A stretch of 64,000 nt of DNA from NCBI RefSeq assembly GCF_020745735.1, contig NW_026867487.1, forward strand, positions 2,666,001 through 2,730,000, read 5' to 3'. The DNA comes from Hemiscyllium ocellatum (Eukaryota). This document shows, piece by piece, positions 1 through 11,274 of the stretch. The notes under the pieces were generated by a model. It searched no databases and was not told the origin of the DNA. It saw only the letters and a program-made list of their open reading frames with translations. A program made the position numbers and the translations under genes. The first letter of the stretch is position 1, and each line of letters opens with the position of its first letter.

Positions 1-1372
1 AATGTGACGATTATTTGTCACCCATGGGGGCCACCACCTTGATCTAATACAGTAGGATTTGGTCTCTTTCTTCAATGATATTGGTCCTGAGGCAAGTTGG
101 TAATTCAGGCCATAAGGACTTATCTGGTGCCCTGTACAATCCGGTAGGTTTTGGGTAGAAACACAGGACAGTAAAATTGGAGAAGTTCCCTTCAATCCTG
201 GATACTGACAATGGTCAATGAAAGGTACATGATGTTCACAAGGAATTCAAATTGACAAAGTTCTTTTTAATGTCTCTATGAGGGTATATGGAGTGAACTG
301 CCCATCACCCTGTGATTTCACCATTTTACAATGACATGGGGAGTGCTTCTGACCCTGTGAGGATTGATTGTGGGAGAGCAAACATTAAGACTTGGTCATT
401 AATAGAATGATCAATGCTAATCTGGAAGGAAATTGCTCAACATCTTGCCTGAAAGGCAAGTGAGGGAGACAGAACATCTGAAGCTAATAACAGGCGTCAC
501 CCTGTCAGACACTGTCCTGAAAATCATCTCAAACTGCAGTGAAAGGAGTTGGTACACAATGTTCATGAATGGTTTTGACCAGGACACAGACAGAGTCATC
601 ATTCTCTCTGCAAGTATTAACTCAATATGATATCAACAGAGAACAATCAGTGTGGATCAAAGCAGATCCCCCAGTTGTGGTTTGCACAGTGAATGTGTTT
701 GTACACTGATTGGGTACAGAACACACAGGGTTCTGCAGGATATCTGAAGTGACGGTGATCCTATGACAGGCAACTAAGAAGAAGGACATATGACGAATTC
801 AGCGAATCATTATCCTCCCAGTCTAATAGCTCTTGAATGAAATTAGAGAAGAAGAGGAACATATTATGTACAAATGATACCAACCTCCAACAAGAGAGGA
901 CTTTTATTAATTCCTATGACACACCGGGTTTACTGCCCCAATACAAAAATGAACCAACTTCCTTCAGGCATGATCATCAGTGATATGTTGCATTTACATT
1001 TCCTCAAATGTGATAAAACATTCCAAGCTGGTAAAAAGCCAGAGAGGAATTGGTACTGAGCCAAAAAATGGTGGAATTAGGATATGACTAAAAGTGAGGT
1101 GATTTTTAACAGTGTCTTGAAGTGGAAGAGAGATAGAGAGAGAACAGGTCACTGAGGGTTAGGCAGTAAGTTCCACAGATTCGGATCTGGCCACCAATGT
1201 TTGGACAAAGGGAACAGAGGATTCACACCCTGAGTTGTACAGAGTTTCCAGATTGTTATAGAGCTGAAGAAGATTACAGATAGAGGAAAGGCCAAGGCAA
1301 TGGACATTAGGATGAGAATCATAAAACAGAAACTTCCAGTGTTGACCTGAATGAGAGGAAAAGTAAAGAACG

Positions 1373-1380
1373 ATTTGCAT
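1373..1380 (+). promoter_or_regulatory. Octamer motif ATTTGCAT in the intron upstream of module A
   Basis: Exact Oct-1/Oct-2 site in an Ig intron. A single 8-mer can occur by chance. Confidence 0.2.
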
Positions 1381-1439
1381 TAATATATCGTTTTCACAAC
1401 CACATGACATCATTAAGTGCTTCATAGCCAGTTAAGTAT

Positions 1440-1760
1440 TTTAATGTGAAGTCACTCTTATAATGTGGAAAGAAAACATGACAGCCAACCTGTACAGAAT
1501 GACCCAGTGAGTGAATGATAAAATTGGCCAGAACATCAGCAACAACCTTCCTGCTTTTCTGCAGAATAGTGCTCTGCCATCTGTACCTTCCACTTGACAC
1601 AGCAGGTGGGACCTCATTTTCATTTCTCATCCAAAGACAACACCTCTGACAGTGCAGCACTCCCTTTGGTCTGCCCTGAATTGCCAGCTTTGAGATTTGT
1701 ACCCAAGTGGGATATGAGCCAACAATGCCAACACAGAGGTGCCAGCAACAGTGTTTGGTT
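1440..1760 (-). mobile_element. Degenerate Deu-domain SINE (SacSINE1/AmnSINE-like)
   Basis: CACCTCTGACAGTGCAGCACTCCC matches the recalled Deu core in reverse. Similar remnants lie near 9560-9800, 12330-12560 and 19900-20230. Confidence 0.5.
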
Positions 1761-2267
1761 GAAAGAAATGGGCTTCTTTTTGATTTGGTGTACTCAACGT
1801 CAGGAATCAATCCACTGTCACAGAAAATTGATAAAGAACTTGTTCAGTTGTTCATTTTGCTGAGCAGTTTGTATCTCTGTCTCACTGCATTTCACAAATC
1901 AGAGATTACATTTCTTAATCCTGTTGTTTCTGAAAACTGCTCAGCCCATAACTCAATTACAGTCCTCGCAGTGGATTTTTGATCACAGACATGGTAAACA
2001 GATTCAAAATGGATCTGACTCTTTCTTAATGCACTGATAGTACATTCTTGGTGAAAACTTGTAAAACATGCTTTAAATAGCCCTTCGATTTTCTAATGGT
2101 CAGGTATTTGCTGTAGAAGTTCTGGATTAAAAACAATTCCAGTTCCAGGCCACTTCTGTCCCCATGTTTCATTGATTCTAATGATAACAAAGGCTTCCCT
2201 AAACATTTGACACCTGCTGATACCAGAAAGTGCTAATTCTTCTGAAATTTTTCCTTTCCCTTTCCAG

Positions 2268-2570
2268 AAATGTCTGTCTTTCTCCAAAATCCTTCCAAAG
2301 AAGAGCTTTGGATCAACAAGACTGCTACCCTGGTGTGTACAGTAGTCTGTTCTGATCCCAGCCAGGTCCGGATCACCTGGAATGTAAATGGGAAGCAGAG
2401 AAGTGAAGGGGTTATAGCTCAGTCACAGAGAGAGGAAGGCACCCAATACATCGTCATCAGCCAATTCCGTACCACAGCAGAAGAGTGGGAGAACGGGATG
2501 GAGATTATGTGTTCTGCTCAAAATGGTCCCTCATCCTCACCAGTTACAAAACGGTCGCAGAGTGTAAGAG
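2268..2570 (+). CDS. IgW: IgW C exon, module A CH3-like (homologous to IgNAR C2)
   Basis: ttccag acceptor, 303 nt, phase 1/1, GT donor at 2571. Encodes EMSVFLQNPSKEELWINKTATLVC...W...EEWENGMEIMC with the C1-set Cys/Trp/Cys pattern. Confidence 0.92.
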
Positions 2571-2660
2571 GTGGGCAAGAGATCAAAAATTATATATCTG
2601 ACTTTGCCGAGCTCGAAGGAAAGAGTTTAACACTTCCTTTGTTTTACCTGTCTGTTCCAG

Positions 2661-2978
2661 TTCCGCCAAAACAGCCAGAGATCAGACTGCTGCCTCCTTC
2701 AGCCCAAGAGATCAAGAATCAGAGCAGAGTTACACTCGAGTGTGTGATCACTGGATTTTACCCAGACAGCATACAGGTCTCCTGGAAGAAGGATGGCAGC
2801 CTGATCTCCTCCAACACCCGTGCTGGTCCCACTGCTCTGGAGCAGACAGGGACATTCAGTGTCAGGCACTACCTGAGTGTGAGCACAGAGGAGTGGGGGA
2901 AAGGCTCAGTCTTCATCTGTGCAGTGAATCATCCACCCTCTAACTTTAACAGCAGCAAGGAGGTGAAGAATGTCCAAG
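2661..2978 (+). CDS. IgW: IgW C exon, module A CH4-like (homologous to IgNAR C3)
   Basis: gttccag acceptor, 318 nt, GTAAGT donor. Encodes VPPKQPEIRLLPPS...LECVITGFYPDSIQVSW...FICAVNH. Confidence 0.93.
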
Positions 2979-3153
2979 GTAAGTTCTCAGCCTGATGCCA
3001 AGATTGACATAATTCATCCTGATAGAAACTCTCCTCCTGCCAGTTCAAAAAAGACAAAATTTTGCATCTGGATGTAGTTCCGTATTCTCTACTGCAGGGC
3101 AATGAAGGTGGAATTACTCTTCCAGTTTGAGACAGGAGCAGATCCTGTTCCAG

Positions 3154-3302
3154 GTGGGAGTGGTGGTTGCTCTTGTTCTCACTGCATGGCGAGGTTCCTG
3201 TGTGTGGAGAACTTTGACATCATTCTCTCTGAAGGCAATATAAATGTGACCAACAAATGTCTGGAATCCATTGATGGGTTGGTTGTGAATGAATCACATT
3301 GA
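3154..3302 (+). CDS. IgW: Putative interspersed Cys-rich secretory exon A (GGSGGCSCSHCMARFLCVENFDIILSEGNINVTNKCLESIDGLVVNESH*)
   Basis: cctgttccag acceptor gives a phase-1 in-frame join to CH4-like A. Clearly paralogous to the secretory exons at 10375 and 13138. The pyrimidine tract is weak. Confidence 0.7.
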
Positions 3303-3590
3303 TCTGGTAAAAGAAGGTTGTTCTGTTATAAAGATGTTGGTTGTCAGTGGAGTTGCTGAGAGAGAACACGAGAAACCTACTGGGCCCCATACGGCCCAGT
3401 AAACTTTGAGAACCTTTGACTGTTGAAATGCAAACTATTCTATTCAAATTAGAATTAGAGTTGATTTTATTGCCATGTGCACTCAAATGAGTTCAGTGAA
3501 AAATGTGTGATGTAGCTGCTTATGCTGCCATCTTAGATGCAGGATACCAAGGTACAGATACTTAAGACTTTGTCACGGAATTGAAAGAAT

Positions 3591-3596
3591 AATAAA
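3591..3596 (+). terminator. Candidate polyA signal for secretory exon A
   Basis: AATAAA about 290 nt after the stop, in an AT-rich tract. Confidence 0.3.
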
Positions 3597-3869
3597 TAAA
3601 GTCTACCATAGGAAGACAAAGGTTTCAAAAAAGTACTCCAATTACTCAATGTCCAGCATAAGAATAAGAAGGTTTTAAAACGTAATCAAATTCCAATCCT
3701 TTTCACCAAGTCACTGCCAGTATCGAGCCTCCAGACCAGATCAGGCTTCAGAATTTGAGGCTTCACTTCCAGTCTGCAAGGGCCTCTCCTCCCCGGTGAC
3801 AACCTCCAGTCCATGGCTTTCTCGTGGGACTTGCCTCCTCCCTCTGGCATCCGGTCGGGGACCTGCTTC

Positions 3870-6540
3870 CAGGACTCACCACCCCAAGACGGCCTTCAGT
3901 CCAGGACTCACCACAAGGACTCACCTCCCGTGCAGGCCTGGTCTCGGAGTCGCCTCCCATTCCGGCCTGGTCTCGGCCTCGTCTCCTGTTCTGGCCTGGT
4001 CTCCGCCTCGTCTCCTGTTCTAGCCTGGTCCCGGACTCACCGCCCGTTCCCGCCTGGTCTCGGTGTCACCTCCTGTGCAAGCCTGGTCTCGGCCTCGTCT
4101 CCTGTTCCAGCCTGGTCTCTGCCTCGTCTCCTGTTCTAGCCTGGTCCCGGACTCACCTCCCGTTCCGGCCTGGTCTCGGACTCACCTCCCGTTCCGGCCT
4201 GGTCTCGGACTCACCTCCCATGCCAGCCTGGTCTCGGACTCACCTCCCATTCCGGCTTGTTCTCGAACTCACCTCCCGTTCCGGCCTGGTCTCAGACTCA
4301 CCTCCCGTTCCAGCCTGGTCTCGGCATCGTCTCCTGTTCCGGCCTGGTCTCAAACTCACCTCCAGTTCCAGCCTGGTCTCGGACTCACCTCCCTGTGTGG
4401 ACCTGGTCTCGGACACACCTCCCTGTGCTGGCCTAATCTCGGACACACCTCCCATGCCGACCTGGTCTTGGACTCGCCTCCCTGTGCAGCCTGGTCTCAG
4501 ACTCGCCGCCCGTGCCAGCCTGGTATCGGACTCGCCTCCCGTGCCAGCCTGGTCTCGGACTCGACCCCCTGTGCGGGCCTGGTCTCGGACTCGGACTCGC
4601 CCCCCTGTGCAGGCCTGGTCTCGGACTCGGACTCACCCCTCTGTGCCAGCCTGGTCTTGGACTCGCCCCCCTGTGCTGGCCTGGTCTTGGACTCGGACTC
4701 GCCCCCCTGTGCAGGCCTGGTCTCGGACTCGGACTCGCCCCACTGTGCCAGCCTGGTCTTGGACTCGCCTCCCTGTGCTGGCCTGGTCTTGGACTCGCCT
4801 CCCTGTGCAGCCTGGTCTCGGACTCGCCTCCCGTGCCAGCCTGGTCTCGGACTCGCCTCCCGTGCCAGCCTGGTCTCGAACTCGACCCCCTGTGCGGGCC
4901 TGGTCTCGGACACGGACTCGCCTCCCTGTGCAGCCTGGTCTCAGACTCGGACTCGCCTCCCAGTGCAGGCCTGGTCTCAGACTCGACCCCCTGTGCGGGC
5001 CTGGTCTCAGACTCGGACTCGCCTCCCAGTGCAGGCCTGGACTCGGACTCGGACTCACCTCCCTGTGCGGGCCTGGTCTCGGACTCGGACTCGCCTCCTG
5101 TGCCAGCCTGGTATCGGACTCGCCTCCCGTTCCGGCCTGGTCTCGGACTCGGACTCGCCCCCCGTGCCAGCCTGGTCTCGGACTCGCCTCCCGTGCCAGC
5201 CTGGTCTCGGACTCGCCTCCCTGTGCAGGCCTGGTCTCGGACTCGGACTCGCCTCCCTGTGCGGACCTGGTCTCGGACACACCTCCCTGTGCTGGCCTAA
5301 TCTCGGACACACCTCCCATGCCGACCTGGTCTTGGACTCGCCTCCCTGTGCAGCCTGGTCTCAGACTCGCCTCCCTGTGCAGCCTGGTCTCAGACTCGCC
5401 TCCCGTGCCAGCCTGGTCTCGGACTCGCCTCCCGTGCCAGCCTGGTCTCGGACTCGACCCCCTGTGCGGGCCTGGTCTCGGACTCGGACTCGCCTCCCTG
5501 TGCTGGCCTGGTCTCGGACTCGGACTCGTCCCCCTGTGCAGGCCTGGTCTCGGACTCGGACCCGCCCCCCTGTGCCAGCCTGGTCTTGGACTCGCCTCCC
5601 TGTGCCAGCCTGGTCTTGGACTCGCCTCCCTGTGCGGGCCTGGTCTCGGACTCGCCCCCCTGTGCCAGCCTGGTCTCGGACTCACCTCCCTGTGCAGCCT
5701 GGTCTCGGACTCACCTCCCGTGCCAGCCTGGTCTCGGACTCGCCTCCCGTGCCAGCCTGGTCTCGGACTCGCCCCCCTGTGCGGGCCTGGTCTCGGACAC
5801 GGACTCGCCTCCCAGTGCAGCCTGGTCTCAGACTCGGACTCGCCTCCCGTGCCAGCCTGGTATCGGACACGGACTCACCTCCCGGTGCAGGCCTGGTCTC
5901 GGACTCGGACTCGCCCCCCTGTGCAGGCCTGGTCTCGGACTCGGACTCGCCCCCCTGTGCTGGCCTGGTCTTGGACTCACCTCCCGTGCCAGCCTGGTCT
6001 CGGACTCGCCTCCCAGTGCAGGCCTGGTCTCGGACTCGCCCCCCTGTGCGGGCCTGGTCTCGGACACGGACTCGCCTCCCAGTGCAGGCCTGGTCTCGGA
6101 CTCGGACTCGCCTCCCTGTGCGGGCCTGGTCTCGGACTCGGACTCGCCTCCCGTGCCAGCCTGGTATCGGACTCGCCTCCCGTGCCAGCCTGGTCTCGGA
6201 CTCGCCTCCCTGTGCGGGCCTGGTCTCGGACTCGCCTCCCTGTGCGGGCCTGGTCTCGGACTCGGACTCACCTCCCTGTGCGGGCCTGGTCTCGGACTCG
6301 GACTCACCTCCCTGTGCTGGCCTGGTCTCGGACTCACCTCCCTGTGCTGGCCTGGTCTCGGACTCGGACTCGCCTCCCTGTGCAGGCCTGGTCCCGGACT
6401 CACCTCCCTGTGCGGGCCTGGTCCCGGACTCGCCTCCCTGTGCTAGCCTGGTCTCGGACTCACCCCCCTGTGCAGGCCTGGTCTCGGACTCGCCTCCCAT
6501 CCTGGCCTGGTCTCATACAGGTCTCCCTGTGCGGGCCTGT
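3870..6540. repeat. GC-rich minisatellite, 29/30/35/36-nt units of type GCCTGGTCTCGGACTC(GGACTC)GCCTCCC(T)GTGC(CA/AG/GG), with higher-order repeats
   Basis: The tandem array is directly visible. A diagnostic block (GCCTAATCTCGGACACACC) recurs at 4431 and 5295, an 864-nt period. Confidence 0.97.
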
Positions 6541-8513
6541 CCACTCTGCTGCCATTTTGCTGATGGACCCATCACCCAGATATTGACCGCAGTCCATTAC
6601 ACTTCAATCCTCACAAAATAGCTTGCTCAGAGAGTTTTTGGGTTTTGAGGAGCAAATGAAATTGAACATGTTTGCTGAACAGTGTCAGGATTTTACAAAC
6701 AATCAGGTGTGTTCTCCACCACTCAGAGAGCTTATATGCTGAGAGACCACTGACCATTAGGGATGGTTAGATGGTGACATTTGGTCATTTATGACGGTAG
6801 GGTTGAGTAGTTTATAAATATCAGAATATTTCTCATTTCCAATGTGAATATTAAATCCAAGCTGTCAAATTGCTGACCACATCCAGTTTTTATTAAAGTT
6901 AGGTTTATACATCACTGCCTATGGATTGTGTATATTAAACCAATGATTACAAATCACTGACAACAGAATGTGATTAACTTCAATGTAATCAATCTCTCAA
7001 ATCTGTCAATATTTTTGTCATGGAACTGTTCATTTTCATATATAAAAATTGAGGAGGGGAGAGAAACCAAAGCTATCTCAAGGGAATAAAAATCATGTTC
7101 TTGTTGGACACCGTGTGTTGAATGTCATTCGAAAATGCAGCCGGGAAGTTGATTCTCAAAGCTCATTGAAGACTTCATCTTGATGTTATGTTTTATATTG
7201 CATTCAACAGTTAACATCATAATATATATGTAGGGAGGTGTGATTTCTGGGTGCAATGTGCCTAAAACGTGTTCAGAACACGTGCTGAGTGTGGGATATC
7301 TGAAGTGACAATGAGCATTTGGAAATTTAGTAGCAATGGGGAAAATGTGTGAAGTGTTTGGTAAACCATCCACTTCCTACTCCCACAACTCAGACATGCC
7401 AGTGTGGGGCAGGATGTACATACTTTGCCTAAATGACCCCCAAACAGTAGCACAAGAGGGATTTTTGACACTCCCTCTGAGTTTGTGGGCTGTTCTGTTT
7501 GTTGCAAACTAATCATCTTCCTTCACAGAGTGTTACCTACAATAAGCTGCCATTCAGGGAAAGGTCCTAAGGTGTTGCACTGGAGAGTTATCAATCAGAA
7601 ACTGACACTCAGCCAATGGAGCAGATATCAGGGAGAAGGAATAGTTTTTAAGGAGCACCTTACAGGACTGAGAGTTGGACACGTAATCATGATTCAGGGA
7701 TGGATTTCTAGAAGTCAGGGCCTCGGTGCCTGAAGGAACAATTGCCAGTGCTGGAGTGAAAGGCATGGGAGACGTAGAAAGGGTCCGATTTGCAGGAATG
7801 TAGAGTTCACTGACACATGTGCAGCTGATAAGTGTGACAGAGATAAGGAGGTGGGAGACTAAGGAAAGGCATAAACACAAGGATAAGTATTTTAAAATTG
7901 AGACATTCCATGGTTGTTTTTAAAAGAGGTGAGAGGTCCTCATTGCTTCAATCTGCTCAATGTCACAAATCAGGGACTGGGCTGGAGGTGCTTTCAGTGA
8001 ATAAGCCATTTTTGCGAAGTATCTGCATTTGTCTCACTGCATTTCACAGAGTTTCCATTTTATTAACAGTGTGATATTTACATGTTGTCCAAACCCACAA
8101 CTCCATCGCAGTCCTCATTGTGAATCTATTGGTCATAGTCATAGCAAATGCATTCAAAGAGGATCTTGATGCTCTGATTATGTTTTCGCAGTCGGAGTGC
8201 AAGACAAGGACTATGTGACAACATTTAAACAATCTTAAGATTATCTAATGTTCAATTCAATGTGAGACTAACTGGTGTGTGATTTCATCCAGTATCAGCT
8301 GATGAGTTTGCACATTATAAAGTACTGAAGACAGAATTCCCCTCTGTGCTGATGTATCATCATTTCTCATCAACAGCAAAATCTCTATTAACGTTCTGAA
8401 TCCTCCTGACACCTCCTGTCCTGTCCGTCTCCTACCACATTTGCTGTCCTGGCATGTCACTCCCAACACAAAACAATTTCAATTCTTCTGAACTTTTACT
8501 TTCCCATTCCCAG

Positions 8514-8816
8514 AAATATCAGTTTTTATTCGCAATCCTTCCAAGGAAGAGGTTTGGATCAACCGGACTGCTACCGTGTTGTGTACGGCAGTCTGTTCTG
8601 ATCCCGGCCAGGTCCAGGTCACCTGGAATGTGAATGGGAAGCAGAGAAGTGAAGGGGTTACAACGCAGCAACAGAAAGAGGAAGGCGCCCAATACATGGT
8701 CATCAGCCATCTCCGAACCACAGCAGAGGAGTGGGAGAACGGGATGGAGGTTGTGTGCTCTGCTCAGAGTGGTTCCTCCTCTTCTCCCGTGTCAAAACGA
8801 ACAAGGAGCATAAAAG
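8514..8816 (+). CDS. IgW: IgW C exon, module B CH3-like
   Basis: ttcccag acceptor, 303 nt, GTAGGC donor. Encodes EISVFIRNPSKEEVWINRTATVLCTAVC...MEVVCSAQ. Confidence 0.92.
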
Positions 8817-8907
8817 GTAGGCAAGAGGTCGAAAAATTATATATCTGACTTTGCCGAGCTCGAAGGAAAGAGTTTAACACTTCCGTTGTTTTATCTGTCT
8901 GTTCCAG

Positions 8908-9225
8908 TTCTGCCAAAACAGCCAGAGATCAGACTGCTGCCTCCTTCAGCCCAAGAGATCAAGAATCAGAGCAGAGTTACACTCGAGTGTGTGATCACTG
9001 GATTTTACCCGGACAGCATACAGGTCTCCTGGAAGAAGGATGGCAGCCTGATCTCCTCCAACACCCGTGCTGGCCCCACTGCTCTGGAGCAGACAAGGAC
9101 ATTCATTGCCAGGCACTACCTGAGTGTGAGCACAGAGGAGTGGAGGAAAGGCTCAGTCTTCATCTGTGCAGTGAATCATCCACCCTCCAACTTTAAAAGT
9201 AGCAAGGAGGTGAAGAATATCCAAG
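8908..9225 (+). CDS. IgW: IgW C exon, module B CH4-like
   Basis: 318 nt, AG/GT boundaries, intact Ig C domain VLPKQPEIRLL...KNIQ. Confidence 0.92.
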
Positions 9226-10374
9226 GTAGGTGCTGGACCTGACTCCAACATTGGCACACGTTTCTCTTCATTACTATAACCTGTAGTTGGGCCAGTCATG
9301 TTTCATGCTAACAGTAATGATGTACATTATTGTAGTTATGTGAATGGGAAACTAATCTTAAGATCAGGACAACTGAAGAAAGAGAAACACAATTGCTCTT
9401 TGTGTAACTCCTTTCACAATTTCCGATTCCAAAGCACTTTACAATGCAGCCAACAAGGAATTTTTTGAAATTTAATGACTATTGTGGTGCATGATACCTG
9501 CCAATTAATTGCACACACAATGTTCAGGTGAACAGGAAAGGGAGTTTTACTGCTGTAGTATTATCCAGGGCATGAATGGGATTTCCCAGTTGTCATCTTC
9601 AAGTTAGTGGCTGTGGGATCTTCTTGTTTCACTTGACAGGACAGACAGGGCATTGCCACATCCAACAGCACTGCCTCAGTGTTGACACTGATGTGTTGCA
9701 TTGATTATACACTCGATGACAGAGAGTGGGCTTTGGACACACACAACTTTCTGATCTAGATGAGAGAGTCCCACCAAGAAGGTAAAGCTGAAATGTTAGC
9801 TAATTAGCCACAGAACTGAGATCAACTCCCTCCAAAGTACTTTGATAATCTGGACATAAGAAGTTAACATCAGTGAAAGGGACTGGGAAGTTTACTTGAA
9901 CTCTTGCCTACCAAGACCCTTTGTGACTGCAGGAAAGGAAATGGGGCATGGCCTAAAACTGTAGTGTCATATGGGGAGTGTCTAAAGTTCAACTCAGCTC
10001 CTACTTGTTCCTTTTCTCATGCCTTCCAAATATTGATTTGTGAATATTGCATTTCATTGAATGGCCCTGATCTGCTTTCACAGCCTCCCGAGAGAACCAG
10101 CTCCACAGGTTGATTTCTCAGTGAAATATCCGTTCCCCATTTTAGTTCTGAATTGACCCCTGACCCACATCAAGTGCAGGGCATCTCCTCTAATCTGACT
10201 ATTCTGGTCAAGGTGCAAAAGCTTGTCATGGTTTACATGGTGGTGTGCCTTGAATTTCCTAAATAAACAGGGTGTGGCAGAATTCAGGGGCTGGGTGGAG
10301 CTCCCACATTCCCAGCACAGGGATTGGGAGGTGAAAATGTACAAATCTTAAATCTGCAACTCTTCCTGTTCCAG

Positions 10375-10520
10375 GTGGAAATGCTGCTTGCTCTTGCCCT
10401 CCTTGCTCTTGTTCTGGGTGTATGCCAAGGTTCCTGTTTCAGACTAATTTAAACCTGACACTCCCTGATGGTGCACAACACCAATATAAATGCCACCAAC
10501 AAATCTGTGAAATAAAGTGA
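10375..10520 (+). CDS. IgW: Interspersed Cys-rich secretory exon B (GGNAACSCPPCSCSGCMPRFLFQTNLNLTLPDGAQHQYKCHQQICEIK*)
   Basis: ctcttcctgttccag acceptor. The phase-1 frame is open for 48 codons with 7 Cys and an NLT sequon. AATAAA overlaps the last codons. Not in the ORF track. Confidence 0.82.
10511..10516 (+). terminator. polyA signal of secretory exon B
   Basis: AATAAA within the E-I-K codons, followed by a GT/T-rich tract at about 10540-10575. Confidence 0.7.
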
Positions 10521-11274
10521 TTGATCAAAAATCAAATGGTCTGTTGAATTTTATTGCAAATTGTTTGGGTTGCAAATCAGTCTGTGGTGACTGTCTTAAT
10601 TAAAGTATGCAAACACGGAAGAGATACAGACCTATCTGAAATTCTCCCAACCAATCCAATCCTTATCTATATAGTCATTTTGTTTTGTAAACTTGACCAG
10701 GCCAGTTTGGATTGGATTCAGCCTCACAGCTTGACCATTACCTCTCTGGTCTGATTCTAGTAGCCAAGACTTACAATGCATCATCTGACTCAGAAAGACT
10801 CCAGAATTGGAAATGGGTGAAAGGGATGGACAGGGATACAGCAGCCAGATATCTTCAATCGAACCAATAGGTTCAACCCTTTCAGTGATGTGGTGCTGAG
10901 AAAGGTTAAAGAAGCAGAACACAGAAATTCAAATTCAGCAAGTGTCGGGTGAGATTCCTGTCTAGTAGAAATGAAAATAATATCGTTTTCCGTCTCCTGG
11001 GACAATATTAGTCAATGACAGGGCACTCCATGTCCACAATAAAGATGCTGGTGGAATCCTTTTTTTAAATAATTTTTAGGAATGATATATTTAATTAGTT
11101 ACAATCACCCAATAATATCAGCATTTCTCACCAACAGCAAAATCTCTATTAACATTCTGAATCCTCCTGACACCTCCTGTCCTGTCCGTCTCCTACCACA
11201 TTTGCTGTCCTGGCATGTCACTCCCAACACAAAACAATTTCAATTCTTCTGAACTTTTACTTTCCCATTCCCAG

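Larger units (their letters stand above)
8355..11115 (+). repeat. Tandem duplication unit 1 (module B: CH3-like, CH4-like, secretory exon)
   Basis: Near-identical to 11116-13572 at an offset of about 2761-2763 nt. Confidence 0.95.

Noticed and set aside
685-724. RSS-like CACAGTG plus 24 nt plus ACAGAACAC
   Set aside because: The nonamer matches only 6/9, the spacer is off by one, no V or D segment precedes it, and the heptamer is not kept in the paralogous blocks.
2979-2995. Read-through tails after C exons (GKFSA*, GRCWT*, GRMLGVNPT*, GTCAWNYAANLSK*)
   Set aside because: Strong donors and no adjacent polyA signals; these are ordinary intron starts.
3870-6540. CRISPR-like appearance of the repeat array
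   Set aside because: No unique spacers and no cas genes; vertebrate context.
3824-6621. 920-aa, 852-aa and many overlapping ORFs
   Set aside because: They arise from a stop-poor minisatellite open in several frames on both strands; no domain, no splice context.
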